Shown piece after piece: positions 18,910-27,545 of a stretch of 63,595 nucleotides of DNA. The stretch spans positions 1-63,595 of the forward strand of contig CAIYET010000115.1 of assembly GCA_903925285.1 (NCBI GenBank), in the 5' to 3' direction. Below the pieces are notes generated by a model, which was not told where the DNA came from, searched no databases, and was given only the letters and a program-made list of their open reading frames with translations. Made by a program: the position numbers and the translations under genes. The stretch is from Candidatus Hydrogenedentota bacterium (GTDB lineage: Bacteria > Hydrogenedentota > Hydrogenedentia > Hydrogenedentales > SLHB01). Positions within the stretch are counted from its first letter, which is position 1; every line of letters starts with the position of its first letter.

Positions 18910-19796
18910 AAGTAACATTCGCAGGGATCGTCTTCAACGGCGACCACTTTCTCGAGCAAGTCATTCGCGCCGTCAAGCCATTCGGCACGGTCGTGTTCGT
19001 CGAGGGACCGACCGCGCACTATCAAAAACTGGGATTCAAGAAAAGCAGTGACCGCACCAATCGAATCCTCGAGGACTTGCGCATTCCAGTAATCCATGGC
19101 TGCTGGGAAGAAAAAGATGAGGAAGCCGCGGCGACCGCTCGCCTGATCCCCGAAGACACGGACTTTGTTTGGTGGATCGATTCCGACGAAGTGTGGGACA
19201 CGAAGGACATTCAACGGATCCTCGCTTTGCTTGAGACCGGTCAATATGACAGCGTCGCGTTCAAGACCTGGAGCTACTTCGCCGGCTTCGAGTATGTCGT
19301 CAGCGGTTGGGAGCGCGCGCAACCGTTCCACCGCATTCAACGCTGGTATCCGGGCGCGCAATGGGCAACCCACCGCCCGCCGACCGTGAACGATCCAAAG
19401 ACAAGCAAGCCGTGGCGCGAGGGCGGACGCCATCTCTCGCACGAAGAGACCGAATCTATGGGGTTGAATCTCTACCATTATTCATACGTCTACCCAAGCC
19501 AGGTCGAAGCCAAGTCGCGCTATTACGCGGACTATAATCCAGCGATCTGCATTCCCGATTACTATTGGACCGTGTTCTTGCCGTGGGCGAAAGGCAATTT
19601 CGCTGAGCGCAAAGAGATCGAGCGCAAATGGCAAGGCGTGCATAACTTCATACCCTCGTACCGCGGCGACACGTTCCCCGTGAAAAGCATCCTGCCGCAT
19701 CCCGACGCAATTAACAAGGCAATGCAAAAACTGGATGCGCGCTGGCTCGAGGAAATGGGGGTTTTGGAGCAAATACTGAAATGGATTGTCGCGTGA
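18906..19796 (+). CDS. GT-A/GT2-like glycosyltransferase
   Basis: IVFNG..FL, FVEG, SSDRT, WWIDSDEVW and YHYSYV. Confidence 0.75.
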   Translation: MKVTFAGIVFNGDHFLEQVIRAVKPFGTVVFVEGPTAHYQKLGFKKSSDRTNRILEDLRIPVIHGCWEEKDEEAAATARLIPEDTDFVWWIDSDEVWDTKDIQRILALLETGQYDSVAFKTWSYFAGFEYVVSGWERAQPFHRIQRWYPGAQWATHRPPTVNDPKTSKPWREGGRHLSHEETESMGLNLYHYSYVYPSQVEAKSRYYADYNPAICIPDYYWTVFLPWAKGNFAERKEIERKWQGVHNFIPSYRGDTFPVKSILPHPDAINKAMQKLDARWLEEMGVLEQILKWIVA

Positions 19797-19869
19797 CGTG
19801 GCAGGAAAGCCCGCTGTATTGCAAATCCATGCGAAATCGGCTGGCGCGACAATTCTCGTAAGAGGTGAA

Positions 19870-20347
19870 ATGGCACAACTGGGCGCACACATCCTCGGCG
19901 ACTTGAGCACGCAACCACGCTGCGAGCATCCGCTGTCCTACTGGGAAGGGCGGGACGCCTGGCTCGATTGCCGCGAACCCGATCACCTCGTCAGCGGCGA
20001 AGCCAACTTCGGACAAGAGGTGCGGATCGTCGTTCAGTCGCACGACAAGTACGACTTTAACATCGTCGTGGCACGACCGGTCACGGTGCATCGACTGGCG
20101 TTCGTCGCGTCGTTCGGGCGCGATTGTCGCGCTGGGATCAGTTGTCCGCTCGATGGACGTGGCGGCATGGACAATGGTTGCCGGCAACCCCGCGCAAGTG
20201 ATCGCAATATACAATCACGATCAACGACGCTGGATCAAGACACCCACGCTTGAAGAGCGAGTCTTGGCAATCGAAACAAATCTATTCTCGCTCACGGCGA
20301 GTTTGCAAGAACTGACTCGCTCAATGCGAGAGAACTTGGAGCAATGA
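19870..20347 (+). pseudogene. Left-handed beta-helix acyltransferase, disrupted
   Basis: VRIVVQSHD...RPVTV, then DVAAWTMVAGNPAQVI in another frame. Confidence 0.6.
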
Positions 20348-20854
20348 TGCGAATCGCATTGTACAAACGAAGTTTCAGTCTGACCGCGCGATATGATAGT
20401 TTCAAATACCGATCAGACAAACGCTGGCGCGCGTTGCAACGCATTTGCCTGTGGATCCTCGCCAAGATCGGCGCTAACGAGACGCAGGCGATGGTGACGT
20501 TCACAACCATCGATGAGCAAAGGGTGTTAGATCTCGCGAAAGCGCATATGAGCGAACTCTATTCTGCTGGATTGCATCCGCGCACCATCATGCTGGGTCG
20601 CACGTGGTCTTGAACAACTTAAACAAGATCGATCTCGGAACCGAACCTTTCGAGATGAACGATGGACTCGGCACGCCAATCGATTGGAGCTGACATGAAG
20701 CAACAAATGGTGGCACCACCCCGAGGACAGCATCGAGACCATCGCCGATTACCTCGGCATAAAAATTTAGAGGAGGAAATATGGACAACCCAACCCAGGA
20801 CACCCCGAACGCGCAATCCAAAAATCTCACGGGTCTTTTTGATGAGGCGACAAA

Positions 20855-21097
20855 ATGAGCCAACACCTCGAGGAGCGCGACCCGATCGCCATCATCCAAT
20901 GGCGTAACTTTCTCATGGATGGATTAATCGAGGAACTCGCACGCAACCGTGAGCTATTGGACGCATACAAAGCCAACAATGCTACATTGGGAGCGATGGT
21001 GATCGCGGCGAAAATTAAAGAGGCAGAGGATGCCATCCGAGAAGATGACGTGGTCAGGATGATCCACGCTTATCGAGAATTGACGGAGTCGGAATGA
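20855..21097 (+). CDS. Hypothetical protein
   Basis: 80 aa ORF coupled to the MTase start. Confidence 0.5.
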   Translation: MSQHLEERDPIAIIQWRNFLMDGLIEELARNRELLDAYKANNATLGAMVIAAKIKEAEDAIREDDVVRMIHAYRELTESE

Positions 21098-22290
21098 TAA
21101 ACTTTTTACAAGGGCACGTGCTCGAGCAGCTGAAAACGATTGGCGACGGCACGGTCCAGACCATCGTCACAAGTCCGCCCTATTGGGGACTTCGCGCCTA
21201 TGGAACCGAGCCGCAAATCTGGCGCAATGGGCACGAGCTATGCGCGGAGCACGAATGGCAATCTTTCACACAAATTAAAAAGCGTCCCGATTTGCCCCCC
21301 GAACCGAACAGCAACCCGAACATCTTTTGTTCAGCCGGGACGCGGTTGCGGCGCATCAAAGCAATAAACCTTGACGACTACGGGCGCGGCAAGCGCGAGG
21401 ACATTGTGATGAAGTCCGACACCTGCGCTGTTTGCGGAGCATGGCGCGGCGAGCTGGGACAAGAGCCGACGCCGGCGGAATACGTGCGCCACCTGGTCGA
21501 GATTTTCAGATATGCCCGGCGGACGCTGCGCGACGACGGTACGCTCTGGCTCAACCTCGGCGATTCGTACGCAGGAGGAAACGCGCCCGGCAACAAGGTG
21601 ATTGGGAATCCTGAATTCAACAAGAACCGACCCAGCCGAGCGGCGACCCTGACCGGCGGAAAAAAAACGCCGGCTGGACTGAACGCCAAGAACCTGATCG
21701 GCATCCCCTGGCGTGTTGCCTTCGCGCTCCAGGACGATGGCTGGATTTTGAGAAACGACATCATCTGGGCGAAGCCGAACCCCATGCCCGAAAGCGTCAC
21801 CGACCGCTGCACGCGCTCGCACGAATACGTTTTTTTATTCAGCAAGTCGCCCAGATATTATTTCGATGCGGAGGCGATAAAAGAGGAGAGCGTAACAAAA
21901 AGTATGCCAGGTAGTAATTACACAGATACCAGGATGACCCACGGCACAGGTGGCGGAAATTCAGGATTCAAAAAAGCGTTTGAGAAAATGAAAACCGGAG
22001 AACTCAACGGACGCAACAAGCGCGATGTGTGGACCGTGAGCACATTGCCCTACAAAGGCGCCCACTTCGCCACGATGCCGCCCAAGCTGGTCGAGCCGAT
22101 GATTCTCGCCGGCTGCCCAGCCGGTGGGACCGTGCTCGATCCATTTGGTGGCAGCGGGACCGTGAGCCAAGTCGCCGAGCGCCTGGGACGCAGCAGCATC
22201 TACATCGACCTCAACCCAGCCTACCTCGAACTCGCCCAAGAGCGAAACAAGCAACGCGCGCTGACCCCAGCGAGCGAGGGCGAATCCTAA
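21094..22290 (+). CDS. N4C/N6A DNA methyltransferase (beta class)
   Basis: VTSPPY, IIWAKPNPMPES, HFATMP and VLDPFGGSGT. Confidence 0.92.
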   Translation: MINFLQGHVLEQLKTIGDGTVQTIVTSPPYWGLRAYGTEPQIWRNGHELCAEHEWQSFTQIKKRPDLPPEPNSNPNIFCSAGTRLRRIKAINLDDYGRGKREDIVMKSDTCAVCGAWRGELGQEPTPAEYVRHLVEIFRYARRTLRDDGTLWLNLGDSYAGGNAPGNKVIGNPEFNKNRPSRAATLTGGKKTPAGLNAKNLIGIPWRVAFALQDDGWILRNDIIWAKPNPMPESVTDRCTRSHEYVFLFSKSPRYYFDAEAIKEESVTKSMPGSNYTDTRMTHGTGGGNSGFKKAFEKMKTGELNGRNKRDVWTVSTLPYKGAHFATMPPKLVEPMILAGCPAGGTVLDPFGGSGTVSQVAERLGRSSIYIDLNPAYLELAQERNKQRALTPASEGES

Positions 22291-22291
22291 A

Positions 22292-22723
22292 ATGAATGTG
22301 GCGCACGACCGACCAGCGCGCGCGCGCGCAACCCAATCGGTTACAAACTGGCGGCGACGTGCTCGACCTGAGTCAAGCGGATCGCGATAGCCGCTTGCTT
22401 CCATTCCCAAGGTCATCAACAAGATCGTGCACAATCGAAAATTACCGACGCACGTCTTTTCCGAAGGCGCACCGGACGACTTTGATGAACTGATGGGAAG
22501 TGTGCTAGGTGAGGTTACGCTGCACCTCAACGGCGATCCAACCGAAGCATTCAACGCATTGGCGAGCGCACGCGTGCTCATCACCTCGCGCAGTGGATTC
22601 TCGTATCTCGCCGGCATCGTCAATTCACACCTGAAGATCGCGCCGCCGTTCTGGCACCACATTCCCGACGCGGATGGATGGATCCAAGCCACGCTCGATG
22701 GAGAATTTGAACTATGGCATTGA
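22292..22723 (+). pseudogene. GT-B fucosyltransferase-like C-terminal fragment
   Basis: HVFSEG...AFNALASARVLITSRSGFSYLAG; N-terminus missing. Confidence 0.5.
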
Positions 22724-23658
22724 CAACACACTACTGCACACTCTTCGATGAGACTTATGCCGTCAAAGGGCTTGCGCTGGCCGCGTCTATGGCGTTGAAT
22801 GTCCAAGATTATAGATTGCACATTCTGGCGCTCGACTCAACAACCTTTCGACTCGTCTGCGAATGGATCGAGGGCGCGGATTTACTCGGACATGGCTGGA
22901 TGGAAAAGCACGTCACCGTCACCAACCTGACCGATGTAATGACGGATGAACTGCGCGACACGCGCCGCTCGCGAACCTGGCAAGAGTTTTGCTGGACGCT
23001 GGCATCGGTGTGGCTTAAAATGAATCTGCTGGCTGTGCCCGAAGGCGAACGCTGCATCTACCTCGATGCGGACTCCTATTTCTTTTCTGATCCAAAGCCC
23101 GTGTACGCCGAGATTGGCGATGCCAGCATCGCGCTTGTGCCACATCGCATTCATCCAAGTCGTGCAGAATTGTTTATCGGCAACGGCACCTACAACGCCA
23201 ACTTCATCTACATGCGGAACAATCTAACGGGGCGAGCGTTCGCCGAGGACTGGGCGCGCCGCTGTATCGACTGGTGCTTCTACCGGCAAGAGGATGGAAA
23301 ATTTGGCGACCAGGGGCATCTGGATGAACTCGTCAAAATCCATCCCGTGTTTGACATCCAATCACGCGGACTAAACCTTGCGCCGTGGAATCAGGGACAA
23401 TACAGTTACTGGGTGTCTGAACTTGTCGGCGCGCCCGACTGGATCGAGGTCTGGGATCGCGATCCAGTCGGGCGCGAAGTCTTGCGAACGGATCCGCTGG
23501 TGCTCTATCACTTCCACGAGTACATGCACAACATACGCTTGACGGCGTGGGACCTGCATCCAATGGTGCGCGAGAAAATTTACGCGCCTTACATCGAACA
23601 TTCCGAGCAACTCAGCCAATATCTCGCCGAGAGAAAAGAACGATGGCAGACCTCTTGA
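22714..23658 (+). CDS. GT-A (GT8-like) glycosyltransferase
   Basis: YCTLFD..Y..KGLAL, IYLDADSYFF, FGDQ..LD, NLAPWN and YHFH. Confidence 0.8.
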   Translation: MALTTHYCTLFDETYAVKGLALAASMALNVQDYRLHILALDSTTFRLVCEWIEGADLLGHGWMEKHVTVTNLTDVMTDELRDTRRSRTWQEFCWTLASVWLKMNLLAVPEGERCIYLDADSYFFSDPKPVYAEIGDASIALVPHRIHPSRAELFIGNGTYNANFIYMRNNLTGRAFAEDWARRCIDWCFYRQEDGKFGDQGHLDELVKIHPVFDIQSRGLNLAPWNQGQYSYWVSELVGAPDWIEVWDRDPVGREVLRTDPLVLYHFHEYMHNIRLTAWDLHPMVREKIYAPYIEHSEQLSQYLAERKERWQTS

Positions 23659-23784
23659 CAGTACGGGTGGAGATTCCGCTCGGTGTAACATACACCACGC
23701 TCCAATGGGTGGGCGCGTACACGCAGGGAACTATTCCAAGCTGGCGTGATTTGCATTTTCCGAAACCAAGATTCAAGGAGTAAC

Positions 23785-24036
23785 ATGGCAGACACAGACG
23801 ACAAATTGGATCCCGAAGTCGCTAAACAACTGGCGGCGGCGGCTAACCAAGAGCACGGCGAAGCGGAGTTTAGCCAGGACGCAAAAGCTGGTGTCAGTGT
23901 CGCGTTTCACATTGCAACGCGAATTGCTGGATACTATAAAGCCCTCGTCGCCAATGGTATCGAGCCAACCGACGCGATGGAAATGACCAAAGCGGCGTCA
24001 AACATCTATTGGGTGCATTGGCTCGATAGAAAATGA
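23785..24036 (+). CDS. Hypothetical protein
   Basis: AAGGAG RBS before the ATG. Confidence 0.6.
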   Translation: MADTDDKLDPEVAKQLAAAANQEHGEAEFSQDAKAGVSVAFHIATRIAGYYKALVANGIEPTDAMEMTKAASNIYWVHWLDRK

Positions 24037-24072
24037 AGGCACTAACATACTTGACACACCGCGAATGTAAAA

Positions 24073-24747
24073 ATGATTGAAACGCTCGTTTGGATTCTCC
24101 CAAGACCGAGAAAAATTATTTACAAAGGCGGATTTCCTTTGCACTTTGAAAAAAAGATACTTCGCCTTTATGGAATTGATGAGAAGAACCCGCAAGGCGT
24201 TCTGCATCCGTTCGGTGGTCGTGCCGAGTATGGAGTTCGCGTTGATTTGAATGCAGATGTAAAACCAACTGTTTGCGCGGACGCGCACCATCTCCCATAC
24301 GCAGATGAATCATTTTCCTTTATTATTTTCGACCCACCTTATTCAGAAGATGAAGCCAAACGGCTTTATGGAACTCCTTATATCAAGGTCGTCAAGTGCA
24401 TTGAAGAATCAGTGCGCGTCCTGAAAAACGGCGGTTACATTGCGCTCTATCATCGGCTTTGGTTGCCTAAACCTGACGGTACGGATTATCACAAACGAAT
24501 TATTGTTCATCCCGGGCAATGGCACGAAGCCCGAACAGTTCACATTTTCAAGAAAAGAACCGAACAGGAATATCAACAGCGAATTGAGGTGAGTCAAGTA
24601 TATGAGTTCCAAAATGAAACCACGCATCCTACTCGCCACGCCGGTCTTCGACCAAAAAGAGTACGCCGTGCCGCAATGGCTCGAAGCCGACAAACTCTAT
24701 ACACACGAACACGACACCTTGATGGTGGACAACAGCGCAACGCCTGA
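24073..24747 (+). CDS. DPPY-type methyltransferase (putative DNA N6-adenine)
   Basis: LHPFGG, DAHHLPY, IIFDPPY and RVLKNGG; visibly AT-richer than its flanks. Confidence 0.75.
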   Translation: MIETLVWILPRPRKIIYKGGFPLHFEKKILRLYGIDEKNPQGVLHPFGGRAEYGVRVDLNADVKPTVCADAHHLPYADESFSFIIFDPPYSEDEAKRLYGTPYIKVVKCIEESVRVLKNGGYIALYHRLWLPKPDGTDYHKRIIVHPGQWHEARTVHIFKKRTEQEYQQRIEVSQVYEFQNETTHPTRHAGLRPKRVRRAAMARSRQTLYTRTRHLDGGQQRNA

Positions 24748-25312
24748 TTTTTTCGAGCGTCTAAAAACAATAGCCGCGCCCAGCGTACTTACGGCATTGA
24801 ATAATGATTTCCGCGCGCTGTTGATGAACCGAGTGGCGACGCCCGGCGGAGAATACTTCGCGCCGCTCACGCAAGCGGCAGAGCATATTCGCAAGTTCGC
24901 GCTCGTGTATGGCTATGACTACTGGCTGAACATCGATGTCGATGAGTGGGGCGATCCCGATCTAATCGACTATTTGCTAGAGCTGATCGGCGATGCTGAC
25001 GTGCTCGCACACGCCAGCCCAAACCGCCAGCTCAACCAATGGATCGATGGCGGATTCGGCTGTGTCATGTTCAATCGCCGGACTCTGATGTCCTTCTCAT
25101 TCGACGAGTGCCCACCCACCATGGCGCACGATGTTTGGTTCTTTCGCTACGTGCGCGGATATTCACCGCTCGACTATTCTGGGTTGCCAGAGATCAAGAT
25201 CAAGCAAACTCGTGGCACGCGCATCCTGAATCATCAAGACGGGATGTGCGGCGAGAAAATAAACGCTTTCCCAGATGGGAAACCCTACCAACTTACAGTG
25301 AGGTTGACATGA
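24602..25312 (+). CDS. GT-A-like glycosyltransferase
   Basis: ILLATP, MVDNS, YDYWLNIDVD and GFGCVMF. Confidence 0.65.
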   Translation: MSSKMKPRILLATPVFDQKEYAVPQWLEADKLYTHEHDTLMVDNSATPDFFERLKTIAAPSVLTALNNDFRALLMNRVATPGGEYFAPLTQAAEHIRKFALVYGYDYWLNIDVDEWGDPDLIDYLLELIGDADVLAHASPNRQLNQWIDGGFGCVMFNRRTLMSFSFDECPPTMAHDVWFFRYVRGYSPLDYSGLPEIKIKQTRGTRILNHQDGMCGEKINAFPDGKPYQLTVRLT

Positions 25313-25527
25313 GCACCAGACGAAAACTTGCACGCCGAGCGCCAGCAAGCAAAGAGGCACGGCGAATGAAACACGGACGCGGGGCGCCGACGCCACCCCA
25401 CGCTTGCAAACCCGGAAAAGATCTGTCTGACGAACACACCCATCATCCATATTTTGTATGCCGCTTTTGCGGCGGTGCGATGAAGTCCTATCCGACCAAG
25501 CGCAGGCCGAACAAAAATGCTGAGTGA
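25309..25527 (+). CDS. Small basic Cys/His protein containing repeat copy 2
   Basis: GAGG RBS; HAC...H...CRFCG. Confidence 0.55.
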   Translation: MSTRRKLARRAPASKEARRMKHGRGAPTPPHACKPGKDLSDEHTHHPYFVCRFCGGAMKSYPTKRRPNKNAE

Positions 25528-25858
25528 GTCGGATCGCAACGTGGTGCGCGACATCGTCTTGGATGTTATGCGCGAGGTCTTGCTGGAGATGCGCGAAGCC
25601 AATCTCAAACCTGTGGGGGCGATTGAGCGACTCTTCCGCATTGAGCCGCAAACAGCGGAACTGCGCCGGCAAGCCAAACTGACCGTCTCGCCCGCCGTGG
25701 CACGTTTCATTCAAGATCATGCGCGCGCTGGACATATCTTGTCGGTCAGCGCGAGTCACGTCTTGGCAATTAACCCAGCCAACGAATTCAGGGTGGTGGA
25801 TCAACTCGGTTGCGAGGATACGCTAACCGCGATCTCGGCAATAAACCAACTGGAGTGA
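25517..25858 (+). CDS. Hypothetical protein
   Basis: 113 aa ORF. Confidence 0.5.
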   Translation: MLSESDRNVVRDIVLDVMREVLLEMREANLKPVGAIERLFRIEPQTAELRRQAKLTVSPAVARFIQDHARAGHILSVSASHVLAINPANEFRVVDQLGCEDTLTAISAINQLE

Positions 25859-25860
25859 CC

Positions 25861-25890
25861 TTGACGCGCACCCAGTTTCCATAGTATAAT
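25861..25890 (+). promoter_or_regulatory. Promoter for the head/tail operon
   Basis: TTGACG-18 nt-TATAAT. Confidence 0.7.
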
Positions 25891-25924
25891 ACTTCCAACA
25901 ATATAACTTTCGGCTCTGAACGAC

Positions 25925-25977
25925 AAGGCGCCGACTTTCTAACACGGACAACCGTGTGGAAAGTCGGCGCCTTTTTT
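25925..25977 (+). terminator. Intrinsic terminator in the leader of the capsid operon
   Basis: 15-bp perfect arms AAGGCGCCGACTTTC/GAAAGTCGGCGCCTT, an inner stem and a T-run. Confidence 0.8.
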
Positions 25978-25993
25978 GTTACTAGGAGGAACT

Positions 25994-27532
25994 GTGGCAG
26001 ACGACAACCTCGCAGAATCAACCGAACCTTTCGGAAAATTTACGTTCAACATCCCCATCACCAAGGTCGATGAGGTCAAGCATGAGGTTTGGGGCACGGC
26101 TTGCGTCGAGGAACCCGACCGCGGCGATGAGCAGATGGACTATAACTCGTCCAAGCCGCACTTTGTCAAATGGTCGGAAGACACCTTCAAGCGCTCCTGC
26201 GGGAAATCATTCGGCAACGTGCGCGCCATGCACCAGCCCATTGCCGCTGGGATCGTGATCGATTTCAAAGCTGACGATGCGACCAAGTCATTCCCGATCG
26301 GCACGCACATCACCGATGAAAACGAATGGTACAAGTGCCTCACTGGCACATACACCGCATTCAGCATCGGTGGCAAGTACGGCAAACGCTGGATGACGCG
26401 CACCGATGACGGTCGCACGATCATGTCCTATACCGCCATCCCGAACGAGGTTTCCCTCGTCGATGTGCCCGCCGTCCCGCACGCGACCTTCTCCGTCGTC
26501 AAAGCAGACCACAGTATAGAAGCTCGCGAATTTCTCGCCAAAGACGAACTGACCGTGAGCGTCAACGGCAAGATGCCGTTCGGCGAATTCATGTCCCTCG
26601 CTTTACAAAAACTAATCCCAGGTTTCCCGAAGCCAACCAACCGCAAGGCAGAGGACGAAACCATTTTGCAATACGCCGCCACGACCACACCGCAAGCGTT
26701 CACGCCCGCGAGCGTGCCATCCACCGCCGCCCTGCAAGCCAACCACCCGCAAGCCCAGGTCATCAATCCTGACAGCATTCCCGTCTCCAGCGCCATGCGC
26801 AAGTATCCCGATGGGCGATCCATGCCCGTCCTGGCAAAAGAGGTCGGCGATGCCCCGGGTCTGCGTCACGGCGATCCGGGCAGCAAGAGCATCTGTGAGC
26901 ATTGCAAGAATTTCCGCGATGTCGCGCCGGGCTATTGCCGCTTGTATGATTTCCCATCGCCCAAGGACTGGACCTGCGATTCTTTCACATTGGAAGATGG
27001 GACTGGGGAACCGGACGAAATGGCGCACGTCGCCAAGCTGACCAAAGCAGATGTCAAATGCCCGTCGTGTGGCGAAGCCATCGCCATCGAAAAAGCCGGC
27101 GACTTGAAATGCTCGGCGTGCGGCAAAGCGCTGACCGCGACTGATGACACGGAGAGTGGCGGATTCAAGCTCGCTTTGTCAACGCCAGCGGCTATTTCCG
27201 CGCAAACTGAGATCACCGATGACGACGCGGCCACCAAGATGGCTGACCTTGTGGGGATCGCGAAGAAAGCTCGCGATCTGCCGGGATCGCTGCTCAAAGG
27301 CGGAAGCGACCGCGCTACGTATGGCGACCCCGTGAATAAAGCTTACGCCTGCGACACCAAGGCGCACGCTTTCATTTCCATTCAAAAATTCAATGCTGGC
27401 ATCGGAGCAGATCAATACTCCAAACGCGAATGGGCGATACTCGGGCGCCGACTTCGCAACCTCGCCAGCACGACCTTTCAACGATCGTACCGATACAACC
27501 CGCGCGAGAAGCAAATCGAGCGCGAATTCTAA
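25994..27532 (+). CDS. Prohead protease (XkdF/HK97-like) with Cys-rich and DUF6582-like appended domains
   Basis: VWGTA, VRAMHQPIAAG, FSIGG and EVSLVDVPA; CEHC..C..WTC; CPSC..CSAC; YGDP...DT..H; AGGAGG RBS. Confidence 0.8.
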   Translation: MADDNLAESTEPFGKFTFNIPITKVDEVKHEVWGTACVEEPDRGDEQMDYNSSKPHFVKWSEDTFKRSCGKSFGNVRAMHQPIAAGIVIDFKADDATKSFPIGTHITDENEWYKCLTGTYTAFSIGGKYGKRWMTRTDDGRTIMSYTAIPNEVSLVDVPAVPHATFSVVKADHSIEAREFLAKDELTVSVNGKMPFGEFMSLALQKLIPGFPKPTNRKAEDETILQYAATTTPQAFTPASVPSTAALQANHPQAQVINPDSIPVSSAMRKYPDGRSMPVLAKEVGDAPGLRHGDPGSKSICEHCKNFRDVAPGYCRLYDFPSPKDWTCDSFTLEDGTGEPDEMAHVAKLTKADVKCPSCGEAIAIEKAGDLKCSACGKALTATDDTESGGFKLALSTPAAISAQTEITDDDAATKMADLVGIAKKARDLPGSLLKGGSDRATYGDPVNKAYACDTKAHAFISIQKFNAGIGADQYSKREWAILGRRLRNLASTTFQRSYRYNPREKQIEREF

Positions 27533-27545
27533 AGCAGGAGGCAAC

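Noticed and set aside
25350-25428. Diverged repeat pair as a DGR template/variable repeat
   Set aside because: No reverse transcriptase seen, and the mismatches are not confined to adenines
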